From Amoebidium appalachense (Eukaryota > Protista > Ichthyosporea): a DNA stretch of 64,000 nt. How positions within the stretch are numbered: the stretch's first letter is position 1; every line of letters begins with the position of its first letter. Shown in pieces: positions 26,981-39,652 of this stretch. The notes under the pieces were generated by a model that had not been told where the DNA came from, did not search any database, and saw only the letters and a program-made list of their open reading frames with translations. The stretch is from assembly GCA_963693365.1 (NCBI GenBank), contig CAVNZM010000001.1, positions 6,712,907 to 6,776,906 on the forward strand, given 5' to 3'. A program made the translations under genes and the position numbers.

Positions 26981-29068
26981 CGAGTCACGACATGCATGAG
27001 CCTCATGATATGTGGGTGCATGTGCACGCCAGTGACACGTACATCCCACTGTGCGGCTAGGGTCACGGGAGTAAGGGTTAGGGGTGCCAAATACATAATT
27101 CTCTCATAAAAGGATCATAACAGATACAATATGCAAACAAACTTTAGTTTACGTCGTCGATTTATCACTGAGTAAGCACATCCGAAGACGGCGGTTGAAA
27201 AAAAGAAAAAAAAGAAAACCATGTACATGTGCTACACGCTAATCGGGATGTGCCCAGCCGCACGGTAGTACGGTACATAAGCGGTTTGTGTACACATCTC
27301 CCCAAACCCAGGAGTCCCACAAACTGAGTAAGGTAGTACACATGAATTTTTTTTTCTTTTGACTGGATTTATTCGACGGAAAGATATGCAAGAATTTTGG
27401 ATTCGCTTTCGCAGCGTCACCCTTCAGGTCTGCTACTGCCGGGCAATACTTTAATATAAGGCAGTAAATCCCTGTTGCAATGATTATTGAAGAGAAAAAA
27501 TTTGGTTTTTCTGCACTTGGATGAGTGCTGCCAGGCCCTCCGAGGCATCGCCTTTACTCTTTCGGCCGACGGCGACGGAGCCTTTCAATTCCGACTGATC
27601 TTGATCGAGAGAGAGAGTCTGAGACTGTGTCATGAAAATCTTGAAATTTCAAAGGGAATAATTCCATTTCCATGGATCATCATGTGGCGTATATATACAA
27701 AAGCCCTCCAAATATTGCAACAACAATTGCATGTACATAAGCAATACAATAGCACAAAATTTCAAAAATGAGATATAAAGGAGGCTGTTAATAATGTTGC
27801 GAGAAAACATCAAAGCCGCCGGCAGTGACTGCTATAGCAAGTTGGCAAAGGCCCTCAGTTTTTGCAAAGTTGCCGGGGATGTAGGGAGACATTCCAACAG
27901 GCTAATGGTTTGTGTATCTGCAGGTGTGGCACGGTTTGATTGGTTAAGTTTAGATTCACGGAAACCAATCGATATCAGACTTTGTTAAATGATGATCTAC
28001 AATAATAGCACAGGCATTCCAACTCGCATGCATGCACTTCTTTGCAAGCCTTGCACGCCCGCCTCGTGCTGTTATTAGCAATGCATGTATATATTGCTTA
28101 CTATGTAATGACCACCAGGATTTTTCTTTTTGACTTTGTAATGTATTATCTTCATAATAGCAAACACACGATGCATGCCCGTGCGCCAGCTTCATGTGAC
28201 CGTTATCACCCGTGACGTCAGCACGACATGTTTGTGTTTTTGGATCAGGCAAGTTCGAAGATCTTCTTTTTTTTATAATCTTGGTGGTGACAAAACCCTT
28301 AAAAGCAAGCCCGAAAATTCAGATTTTTTTCTTGGTATTTTTTCAAGCCCCGGAGTATTTTGGCCTGGGGCGTATGGTATTTTTCATCCCAAGTCAAAGG
28401 AGGATGAGGGGGGGTTCCTATTATAGCTTGCCGTGCATACTTGCATATCTTTCCGTCGAATAAATCCAGTCAAAAGCTTACCATAATAAAAAAAAATAAT
28501 AAGAAATAAAAAAAAGCTTACCATGAAACTTGCGGAGGCTTACCATACACTGAAAATTTGATTGTATTTTCGAAAATTTTAGGGTATTTTTTATCGTAAA
28601 AACGGGGTTATGGTCGGGCCTGCTTAGTAAAAAGCAAATGTAACAACAACAATTGCTTGAGCTGTAGCTACGGAAGCTTTTGTACTTTTGTGTGGCACAA
28701 TATAATATACTGTAGTAAGTGTTCAGTACTGTTGCCTGTACAAGTATGTATTCACGCGCAGACGGTCTGTTTGCCATCACTCTGATCTCAACAGTTGTAC
28801 TTGCACAGGCCATGCCGCCCAAGGGTCTAGTCTCGGAACAAAGCAGCCCCCATTACCCCGTGTGTCTCGTGAAGATCATGTGTTTCGATTATTAAACTCT
28901 AGGTTTGCATGTCAATGAACACCGACCTACCGCATTCAATATTTCCTCGAGTAAATCAGGCTTCCCTTTTATAATAATAGAAGGCCAATTTAATTCCAAT
29001 AGCACTTATAATAATAGAAGGCCAATTCAATTCCAATTGCACATGACTATACGAGGGCATCAGCAGAT

Positions 29069-30001
29069 ATGTACGGCCCAGTCATGCAACACGAATCCCA
29101 CTTTGTCCACCGCGAGCACTTTCAAATGCCCCCGCTGGAGCCATTCTACATGCCCCATCCACATCAAATACATCGTGCACATGTGCAGGATTGCGAAGTC
29201 AGATCACCCATGATGGAGCCACATCATCCCATGATCAAGTGTCCTGGGGGTCCTCTGTTCGGCTTCGTGTCTCAATTCACATTTTGCTGCCCCAACCACC
29301 AATGGCTTGCGCCTGGTGAAAGCGACCTCCCACCTCTTGCACACTTCCTTTACCATTTGCTGCAAACAATGGAAATACCACATGCAACATTGGTGGTCGC
29401 ACTGTCATACATCCATCGATTGGTAGATCTTAACGATTGCCACAGACATGTTGAAGTGTGTGGGCACTGTCTCGCCACTGTGTGTGTGGTTCTCGCATCA
29501 AAGTTTCTGGAAGACGACACGAGGCCAAACAACAAACAATGGGCACGTGAGGCCAGCATGACGACACAGGAACTTGCCGCGCACGAGCGCACAGTACTTG
29601 AAAGGTTGGACTACAACCTGAATTATTCCCTTGAGGATTTCAACCAGCTGAAGTCCTTCTATATGAAAGATACACTCCTGGTGCTGTGGCAGAAGGGGGG
29701 GTTTATTCCGCTCTACACACCCACCCAGGTTCCATGCAGTAAGTGCCGCCTATCCATAAATACGGTGCAGAATATCCAAAATTCCGTCGTTCCAATGAAT
29801 GAATATTCACCGGGGTCTTTCACGTTTACACCTGAAGAATATGTTTGTTTTCTGGCGAATAGGTATTCGTGTGGTGGTTTCCGTGATGTGTCCCCGAAAT
29901 GTATTGACGAAATTGTTCAGTATGACCGTATGCATTGTGAGGAGCAAGAGTATTGGAACATTTTGCAGGATTTGAAGTCGTGTACAAAGGTGCAGGTGTA
30001 G
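29069..30001 (+). CDS. Pcl/Pho80-family cyclin-domain protein, intronless, 310 aa
   Basis: Uninterrupted non-repetitive ORF with cyclin-box pattern LAHFLYHLL...TLVVALSYIHRL...HCLATVCVVLASKFLEDDTRPNNKQWA...ELAAHERTVLERLDYNL. Confidence 0.85.
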   Translation: MYGPVMQHESHFVHREHFQMPPLEPFYMPHPHQIHRAHVQDCEVRSPMMEPHHPMIKCPGGPLFGFVSQFTFCCPNHQWLAPGESDLPPLAHFLYHLLQTMEIPHATLVVALSYIHRLVDLNDCHRHVEVCGHCLATVCVVLASKFLEDDTRPNNKQWAREASMTTQELAAHERTVLERLDYNLNYSLEDFNQLKSFYMKDTLLVLWQKGGFIPLYTPTQVPCSKCRLSINTVQNIQNSVVPMNEYSPGSFTFTPEEYVCFLANRYSCGGFRDVSPKCIDEIVQYDRMHCEEQEYWNILQDLKSCTKVQV

Positions 30002-31316
30002 GTAGCCTAATAATGGTTGAGTAGTTTTTATGTTCGTGATGTAAACATATGAGTGCAGTTATGAATGCACAGACTTTGGTGGGGGGGGAAGGGGGGCTCT
30101 ATTTTCCTGTTCAGCGTGCGAGGGATATTGCTAATCAAGCGGCATCCCCATATCTATTGGTATAATACGTGAATGTCAAAGTTGCTATTTGGCTGCCGTG
30201 TTCCAGCCGTTGCCAGAGCTATTTGGGACTTGTTATGATTCTTGTGAATAGCAGTTCATTGTGAAATTTATAGTTGAGTGATTGATTGTAGTTACCTTTA
30301 AAAAAAAGGTTGTATTTTCTGAAAACAGGACTGAGTCTTGAATTCCTCATTTTCCGGGCATGCCAATTAACTGTTATTGTGCTTCTGAAGGTTATAATTC
30401 CGTGTATGGATGATACTTGCCTGTGTGCTTGTGTGCTGGTCACACAGTGCATGTTCAACATATGATTATATTAATAATTACGAAAATGTCCCCATTGGCC
30501 CCGTCTTGTCGCCTTCCTAACAATTTCTAATGAAAATTGATCGAATTCTCCTGGGCGATCCCCCCCCCCCCCCCCCCCCCCCCCCTCCCCCCCCTCCCTT
30601 CCTTCCCCGCCAGTCCACCCACCCCCACCCACCCCAGCGTCAAAAACAAAATTGGCGCCCGGGGCGGGACGGGGGGGGGATGCAGGGGGGGGGGGGGAGG
30701 GGGGGGAAGGGGAGGATTGGAGAAGGGCTTATGGGAGCCTCAGAAAGGGGAAAGGGTGGGAGAAGGGATGGGTGGGGCGGGGAGGGGGGGGGAGAGGAAG
30801 AGAGCAGAGCAGCGGCCAGGCGAGGGATGGGGGAGGGGGGGGGGGGGGGGCAGAGAAAGATTGTGTGCATGAGTCACGGTGTGTACGTAACAGTAACATA
30901 TTTCCGCCGCATGCACCGGGTACCACAGCAATAACCACGGTTTAGCAGGATACCGGCACAAGCACATATGCTGTGCACGTATGTGTACATGTGTATGCCA
31001 TGTCTTTATATGCGCTATGTGATGTGTGGGTGAGTGTCATTGAGCCGTGCGGCACCCGTAAAGTTGTGTGTAGCACGCTAGTGTGCAATGTATGTGGTTT
31101 CTCTGTGCCCGCGGCAGCCACACGTAACAAAGAATCGACGATATGTGTTCCACCGTTCATCCGATTGTAGGTACACTGCCAGTCACAGTTTATGCCTACT
31201 AAGTTATATTAGTAATTTGGTGCCAAACATGTGTGCAACACTACAGGATTCGTGGCAGTGTATGCGCGCAGTGCACGTACATGGGACACGTAGTGTGTGT
31301 GTGTGTGTGTGTGTGT

Positions 31317-31353
<37 letters not shown>

Positions 31354-31511
31354 CGTGTGCGTGTGTGCGTGTGTGCGTATGTGCTTGTGTGCGTGTGTGC
31401 TTGTGTGCGTGTGCGTGTGTGTGTGCGTATGTTGGGCTAGTGTGTCTGTGTGTGTACGTGCGCCTCTGTGTGTGCATGTGCGTGTGCGTGCGTGTGTGTT
31501 GTTGATTTTTT

Positions 31512-31562
<51 letters not shown>

Positions 31563-32019
31563 GGGGGGTGCTTTACTACACTAGTAGGGATCACAACCGT
31601 TTTTGGGGATGATACATGCAAGTTTAATTTGCCCCTAGCACGTATATTGCGCAAGCCATTTTGAAGCGGGCCCAGAATCATTAGCAAAGATGCTCTGAAG
31701 TAGGTTCGTGCTGGGTGAAAATGAAACTTTGATCCCAATGGTCGGGTACGTACGAAAAACCCGGGCCCGGGTACGTGTTGCACGGACTTGTACATACAGT
31801 TGAGTGCACCTCAGTTTATTAGCTGTTATCCTCACGTAAGGGTACAGGAACCATATACTAGTAGTGCTACAGTGATTTGATAAAGTTTGGGTGTGACGTG
31901 GGTGTGTAGGGGGGGGGGGGGGGGGGGGGGGGGGGATCAAGGAAGAAAAATCAAACACAGCTGGGAGTGGGTGCCACTTAGGCAGAAAGCACCCTATACT
32001 ACATGGTAGTTGGTAGATA

Positions 32020-32262
32020 AGGGCCCAACCGCATCGGCAGAGTCAACTTGCAAGAAGCAGAATTATTCTGCAAAATGCAGGGTTATTCTGCTAAAAGCAG
32101 AATTATTCGGCAACAGCAGAATGATTCTGCAGAAGCAGAATTATTCTGCTTCAAGCAGAATCACTTTGTTTTTAGCGAGTCACCAGAATAATTCCGCAAA
32201 AAGCAAAATAATTCCGCTTTCAACAGAAGAATAAACTTGCTCCAGGCAGAATAATTCGTGGG
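32020..32262 (+). mobile_element. Right-truncated MITE, same family as 56881-57368
   Basis: Begins agggcccaaccgcatcggcagagtcaac, followed by a gcagaattattctgc-type repeat array; ends at a poly-G run. Confidence 0.75.
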
Positions 32263-32264
32263 AG

Positions 32265-32337
<73 letters not shown>

Positions 32338-32776
32338 AGGGGAGAACACGCATGGCAACTGGCCTCGATATGATTGAGCCACTGAATTATTTTATTTACT
32401 TGGCACACACATATGGGCCAAGTTTGCACTGCTGCCACATTGTTCAATAGTGCAGACAGATCACTGCTGTACATAGACTGTGCCCCCTCGTGTGTGTGTG
32501 TGCATTCGTGAGGTGTGTGTGTGTGTTGGGGGGGGGGGGGGGGGGGGGGGGGATTTTTTTTTTTTTTTTTCTTGGAGGGGAGGGGGGTTGGGGGGACGGG
32601 CGGGGGAGTAAGCAGGGTTGAGAGAGTTTTGGGGAGAGGCTCTGAGGAAAAAGGAAATTGAGAAGATCGAGGGAGGTAAAGGTCGGGGAAGAAGAGCTGG
32701 AAAAGGGGGAAGGAAGGGGAGGTAATTTATGTGGTCAAGAGGGGTGGGGTGGGTGGGTGGTGGTGGTGGTGGTGGT

Positions 32777-32807
<31 letters not shown>

Positions 32808-33314
32808 GGGGGAGGGGAAGGGAGGGGGGAGGGGAGGGGGGGGGGGGGGGAGGGGAGAGGGGGGGGGGGGGGGGGAGGCAATAATGAAGAGGAGGGGAGG
32901 GACCTGGTAAACACAATGATTATGGGGATGTGGAATAGACCAAAAAATCGACATCGCATTAAATTGGTGAAAATTTTACTTTGAGGGTGCATGCTTGGGG
33001 GTCGGGGTGGGTTGGTGGTGGTGGTGGTGAGAGGGGGGGGGGTCTTTTGGTGACTTAATGGGCCCCAGCTAAAGAAGTGCGAATCAAGGAGACATGTATA
33101 ACTGTGTGTGAGAGCATTTATATACTTTTCAGATGATGCAGGCATAAATGGGATGCTGCCGAGGTGTTGCTGATGTGTGCCTGTGTGCATGCACGTTGAT
33201 ACGTGAGATGTAATAACTTGCTCTCATATATAATAGCCTTCCCCTTTCTTTTTTAATTCATTTTTCTTTTCTTTCTTTCTTTCTTTCTTTCTTTTTTTTT
33301 TTTTTTTTTTTTGT

Positions 33315-33347
<33 letters not shown>

Positions 33348-33504
33348 GAGGCGGGGGGGCAAATGTTGTGCTTCGCAATTGTTATGTATAAGTGCAGATA
33401 AATTTAGTCGGTGTGTGGGTGCATGGGCCGCATGCAATCGGACAAGGTAATAAACTGAGGACTGTTTAGTGTGCATACCTGAAATCTCCTAGTATGTTCT
33501 CTCT

Positions 33505-33595
33505 CCCTGTGTGCGTGTGTGTATGTGTGTGTGTGTGTGTGTTTGTGTATGTGTGTGTGTGTGTGTGTGTGTGTTTGTGTGTTTGTGTGTGTGCG

Positions 33596-33667
<72 letters not shown>

Positions 33668-33672
33668 TGTAT

Positions 33673-33711
<39 letters not shown>

Positions 33712-33731
33712 TGTGTTTGTGTGTGCGTGTG

Positions 33732-33763
<32 letters not shown>

Positions 33764-33767
33764 TGCG

Positions 33768-33824
<57 letters not shown>

Positions 33825-33842
33825 CTTGTTTGTGTGTGTATG
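33505..33842. repeat. Long (GT)n microsatellite, representative of dozens of (CA)n/(GT)n and poly-C/poly-G tracts in the window
   Basis: Directly visible; such tracts occur in introns and intergenic DNA and are absent from the reconstructed exons. Confidence 0.95.
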
Positions 33843-34023
33843 TTTAAAACCAGCAAAAAGAGAAGGTGAGCTGAGAGGGCCCCGAGGGCCCCCCGGGGGG
33901 TTGGATGGTCTGTGGTTGGGGGGGGGATGGCTGCTCCCCTGGCCGGCCGAGTAAACGAAAAGGAGGATGGTGGTGGTGGTGTGTGTGTGTGTGTGTGTGT
34001 GGAGGGGTGTTGGGGGAGGTGGG

Positions 34024-34072
<49 letters not shown>

Positions 34073-35534
34073 CGAGGGAGGGAGGCAGAAAGAAGAAAAA
34101 GCTGAGATGTGGGGGCCAAAAATAGATCAATACATAGACGTCGAAATGGTGATTTGATGTGGGCCACTCCTTGACGTACCAACATAAGCGATGTTAGATC
34201 TATGTCAATCATTGGGACTATTGGTTTATATGTCTATCGGATTTGCTTCGTGTGCATTTTCAATATTTTGTGAAACTTCAAAAGCACAGTATACGACTGT
34301 GCAAACACACAAGCATGTGCCTTCCACTTGCACACGTGCACACAGACAAACTATCTGGCTCGGAGCACTGCAAATTCATTCTCTTCCAAATTCAATGGGT
34401 TTCATTATATCAGACAGCCCTTCCCCCCCCACCCACCCCCACTCCCTCCCCTCCTTTCCCTCCCCTCAACCCATCCATCCACCCACCCACCCACCCACAA
34501 ACACCCCCACCCCACCCAACACCCCCACCCACCGTCCCACCGGCTCACTCACACATGCTCACACACCCGGTAGTCACACCTCTGCCCCATATATCACCGC
34601 ACCCAACCCATCCCCTCCTGAAAAATTCGCTGGCACGTGTACACATATTCCCATGCAAAGAATTCCGAATCCTCCCACGCACACACACACAAACATCCTT
34701 TCACCTACTTCTAGGTCTCATTCATATCCTTGCCTCATACAGCGTTCGTCTGTGCAGCAGTTTCTACATTTTTCTGGGGGTGGGGAACACATTGTGATTA
34801 TGGTAAATCAAGAGATTGAGACCTTCTGACCTTCTGGTTGTCCGACGGGGTGAGGGGGGGGGGGGGGGGAGGCGGGGAAGGAGGGGGAGGGGGGGAAGGG
34901 GGGGGGGGGAGGAAGGGGAGGAGTGAGGGGGAAGGGGGGGGGAGCTCGAGAGGTTGGGGGAGGAAGGGGCAGGTTGGTGTGTGTGGTGGTCTACTCGTTG
35001 TCATCGTGGTGTCAATATTGGTGGCTGTGTGGATGTGTGTCACATGCTCTATGCTACGCTTTTTAGAGAGGGGGACGGGGGGAGGGGAGGACGGGGGGGG
35101 GGGGGGGGAGAGAGAGAGAGAGAGAGAAGTTAGAGTTTGTGTGTGGGGGGGGGGGGGGGGGGGGGGGAGGGGGGGGGAGGAGGGGGGTGGGGGGGTGGGA
35201 AGGGGGGGGGGGGGGGGGGGGGGGGGGTTGGCTATGCGTGTGCAGTGTGCTAAACGTAGTGTGCCGGTGTGTGTAGTGTAAGTACTTTTAGGTTCTTATT
35301 TTTGTTTCTTCTTTAAATTCTTTTGTTATTGTTGTTATTTATTTTTAAGGGGTTTCGCTAAGCCCTGCTCGTGTTGTACTTTGTGGTGGCGGCAGCGGCT
35401 GTGTGTATGTACACGCGGTGTGTGTTGCACTAGTTTTAAAGATTTGCGTTTAATACACTGCCGGTACTCAATCATAGTATAACACGGCATGAAGGTTTTC
35501 TGGGTGCTACCCTCAATTCCCAAGCTCCTAGGGT

Positions 35535-35785
35535 GTGACGTAATATTTGGCACGAAATTTATTTGGCACGAGCCTGCAAAACGGTGAAAATGGGGCAGGA
35601 TGTCGCCCAGGCACCGACAGGAGCTTGGGGATACCCCTGGATGTGCTCCGCTAGCGGGCTGGTGCCAAATAAATTCGTGCCACATTTTACGTCACCAGGT
35701 TCGTGCCAAATTATTTGGTGCCAAATTTATTTGGGGCATAAATGGGTCGGTTCGAACTATTATGGGTCGAATCAGCTCGAATCGT
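35535..35785. mobile_element. Foldback/MITE-like terminus with ~43-bp inverted repeats and tttggcac repeats
   Basis: gtgacgtaatatttggcacgaaatttatttggcacgagcctgc (35535-35577) is inverted with gcgggctggtgccaaataaattcgtgccacattttacgtcac (about 35654-35695); more gtgccaaat units follow. Confidence 0.7.
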
Positions 35786-36164
35786 TCCTGACCCGTTTTC
35801 TGACCCGTTTTTGTGGCTCATCGTTGGTGGCGTCTGATTCGAGGAATAAACTCGAAAGGCGGGCTAAGCAAGACCACGTCAACCACGTGCAGGTGGTGGC
35901 GTACTTGAACGGGCAGTCACAGCCTGGACTGGCAGTTGACAGGTGTGACACAGCGCTAGCATCCTTATCATATTGCAGTAGGCTCATATAAAAATAATAA
36001 AAACAGACAACACCCTTTAATGCTCGATCATAACTGACAGTACATATTTTGTGTGAGCATGGGTTACAAACATGCTCGCGTCCGCATTGGACGTGGGCAA
36101 GGCCATTGGGCTTTGCTGAGGATTCTCGTTCATGTTATCCTCGCCTTTTGTCTTTTGGCTGCAG

Positions 36165-36979
36165 CGGGTTCAACAAACAACCCAGATGGGGTGAACAAAA
36201 AAGTCATTAAGGAAAACAAATCTTGGTCTAAAGATCATGCCAAGCTGGAACAGCCATTCGTTGCACGGTACATTGATTATTGCATAGCGGATCATGAGGA
36301 CTCTGTCGAAGCTGGCACGTGCCCTCCCCAGCCCTTCCTCAGGGATTGGGTGTGGCATCAAACCCGTCATGGCGGCCGGATAGATGCATCTACAGCGGAG
36401 GGAGTCCATCAGGTGATCTCCCCCCTTCCCCCCCCCCCCCCCCCTCCCTCCCCCCCCCTCTCTCCCCACCACCCCCTGCCTCTTTTCCACTTTTTCTCTC
36501 CCCTCCCCTGTCTCTCTGTTCTGGGCCTTACAGGTGGTTCCTCCGTTTTAGAAGTTGTTTTTTATGTAATACGTTAGGTGTGTCCTTTTGCATCTTGTGG
36601 ATACCAATGCCTTCACCGCTCAGGCCTTCCCTTGCACTTAATCTTATGGACCTTTGTGCCTCTCCCATGATCTGTTTGGCATGGCATGCTGCCTTTTCTG
36701 CTTTGGCTTGCCTCTTATATGTTGCTATCACCCGATAGGGTATGTGTGGCAACGTGTTCCATATGTTTTGTGTGACCATTCTGTGCAGTGTACCCACTTA
36801 AAGCCCACTCCTCCGCTTTTCCCCCTTCCCTCCCTTCCCCTTTAAGCATACAATTAGTCAAGAGGCAGTACAGGATAGTGGGTAGAGAGTTTCTGTGTGT
36901 CACGGTGTATGCCTGTGGGTGTGTGCTTGTCTGTGTGTGTATGTGCCTGTGTGTGTGTAGTGAGTGTGTGTGTGTGTTG

Positions 36980-37028
<49 letters not shown>

Positions 37029-39614
37029 TTGTGTGTGTAATGTGGGTGGGTGGGTGGGTGGGTATAGAGAAGGGGAGAGGGGGGGGGGGGGGGGGGGGGG
37101 CGTGTATGTGTGTGCCTGTGTGTGTATGTTAAAGACAGGGGAGGGGGGGGAAGGGGGAGAGGTCAGGGTAGGGAGAAAGGGAGGGAAGGATGGGTGGGTG
37201 GGAGGGTTGGAGGGAAGGAGGGAGGGGGAGAAAGGGTAGAGGGAGGGATGGCGGAAAAGACAGAAAGAGAGGGGCAAAGAGAGGAGGGCAGTCGGTAAAG
37301 AGGAAGGGCGGGAGGGTGGGACGGAGAGGGAGAAGGGGGAAGTGGAGAATTAGGCAGGGGGGGGGGGGCCGAGAGCAAGAGGGGGGGTGGGGAGGGTGTG
37401 GGCGGTGTGTGTGTGTGTATGTGTGTGTGTATGTATGTTGTGTGTGTGTGTGGGGGGGGGGGGGGGGGTTGGATGGGGGATTCGGTTGGGAGTGGGTTCT
37501 TTATAGACCTGGCAACCATTGACCAGCTATTCTCTCACCCTGTCTTTGTGTTCACTCTGCAGCTTATGGCAATAATGGCAACCGTTCCTTGCCTGAGTGT
37601 GGTATGGAGGTTGGGTCTTTCGACAGTGATGGCTCTGACGATGACGATGAGGGGTCAAGTGACGAGAGCCCCGGTTCATTCAACGTGTCAACATGTGTGC
37701 GCCTAGCAGGCCGCAAGCTTAACGCCCGGCGTGCGATGCGCAAGCTGATTGGGTCTGTGCACAGCTCCGAAGGGTTTGCTTTAGCAGCACAGGACCCGGA
37801 TCATCTGCTCTTCACTCTAGTGTTCTTTGACGAGGCCGTGGCAGCAGACATACAGCTTGCCAGGTGCTTCCTGCCGAACCCCCCCCCCCCCCCCCCCCCC
37901 CCCCCCTTCCCCCTCCAACGCCCCCCCGCTCCTCCCTCTCGCCTCTCCCCCCCCTTTCCCTGCAGGGCCTCTTCCCCTTTCCCCCATCCCCCTTTCCCCT
38001 CCCCCCCCCCCCCCCCCCCCCCCCCCCGCCCCCTTTTCTGCATCCCCCTCCCCCTCTCCTCCTTCCCACAATTCTTCCTCCCAACTGCTCCACCTCCTTA
38101 CTTCCTTGCACGTATCAATCCATCTCTCCTTCCAACCCAAGTGACACCAGTTTTTTGTCAGACAACCTGCCTCCCCAGGCCCACTTATTATGCCTGTCCT
38201 GTTCCCCTCCCCCCCCCCCCCCTCTCCCCCCTCAGGAGGGCCTCTGCCCATTCGTCCCTCCTTTTCAAGTCCTCCATTACCTCTTACCTCCCCTAATTCT
38301 CATTATTCTCTAATAGTATACCTATATCTTCCATCCTACCTTTTTGGAAGCTCCCTTATTTCTTCCACCTATTTGAAAGCATCTGCATCTACCCCCCCCC
38401 CCCCCCCCCCCCCCCCCCGTTCATAGCCCCTCCTTCATCAGTACTCCCTTACACCTGCCCGGCCCCCTTCAGAGTGCCTAACCCCCTCCCCCCCCCACAC
38501 ACACACCCCTCCCCTTTCACACACCTGCACACACGAACGCACACATGCATGCACGCATGCACCCTCCCTCGCAGCCACGAGCGCACACACTCTTATTCAC
38601 TTATAGAATTGTTAATAATCTAATGCCCCCCCCCCCCCCGACATCTTTACTTCCATGCAACCGGGCATGGTTGCTCTGTGTCGTGCATCTGTAAGCACAC
38701 GCGTTTGTCGCTGCACTGCATTAGTTTGCACACACATCTTCACCGTTTTGCTCACCTTGCTTGCATAAGCAACCCTGCTCGTCTTTGATCAAGACGGGTT
38801 GACCCACCCAAGTTCAGTTGATGCTGCTGTCTGAGTTGGAGCGTCGTATATACGCGGGCTAAGGGGTCGAAACTCAGACGCAATTGATGACTTGGGCCCT
38901 CCCTGAGGATGGGCTCTGCTTATGACGCATACTGTGCGCATGGCTGATGCTGCATAGTTGAATGTTTGCCTTTGCATGTGTCCTGCACCATGCTTCTCAT
39001 CGTGTATGCGTACTTCGTACTGTGTTCCGCATTCAAACCCCCCCTGTCTTCTTTCAGAGGTGTCCTTTCAGGACAGACCACTGTGTGGAGACATCTTTAC
39101 TTCCATGCAACCGGGCATGGTTGCTCTGTGTCGTGCATCTGTAAGCACACGCGTTTGTTGCTGCACTGCATTAGTTTGCACACACATCTTCACCGTTTTG
39201 CTCACCTTGCTTGCATAAGCAACCCTGCTCGTCTTTGATCAAGACGGGTTGACCCACCCAAGTTCAGTTGATGCTGCTGTCTGAGTTGGAGCGTCGTATA
39301 TACGCGGGCTAAGGGGTCGAAACTCAGACGCAATTGATGACTTGGGCCCTCCCTGAGGATGGGCTCTGCTTATGACGCATACTGTGCGCATGGCTGATGC
39401 TGCATAGTTGAATGTTTGCCTTTGCATGTGTCCTGCACCATGCTTCTCATCGTGTATGCGTACTTCGTACTGTGTTCCGCATTCAAACCCCCCCCCCCCA
39501 ACCCCAACCCCAACCCCAACCCACCCACACACGCACACACACACACACGCCAAGGTTTCCCTTGTTCTGCTCCTCGGCCTTTCCGCCTTCCCCATAATCT
39601 GTCTTTCTCTCTCT

Positions 39615-39652
<38 letters not shown>

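Noticed and set aside
39220-39370. Canonical hammerhead ribozyme (CTGAGGA and GAAAC present)
   Set aside because: Stems I-III and an NUH site could not be assembled in type I, II or III topology; kept only as an atypical structured RNA hypothesis.
39499-39522. (AACCCC)n telomere-like repeat
   Set aside because: Only about three units, within a C-rich intronic tract.
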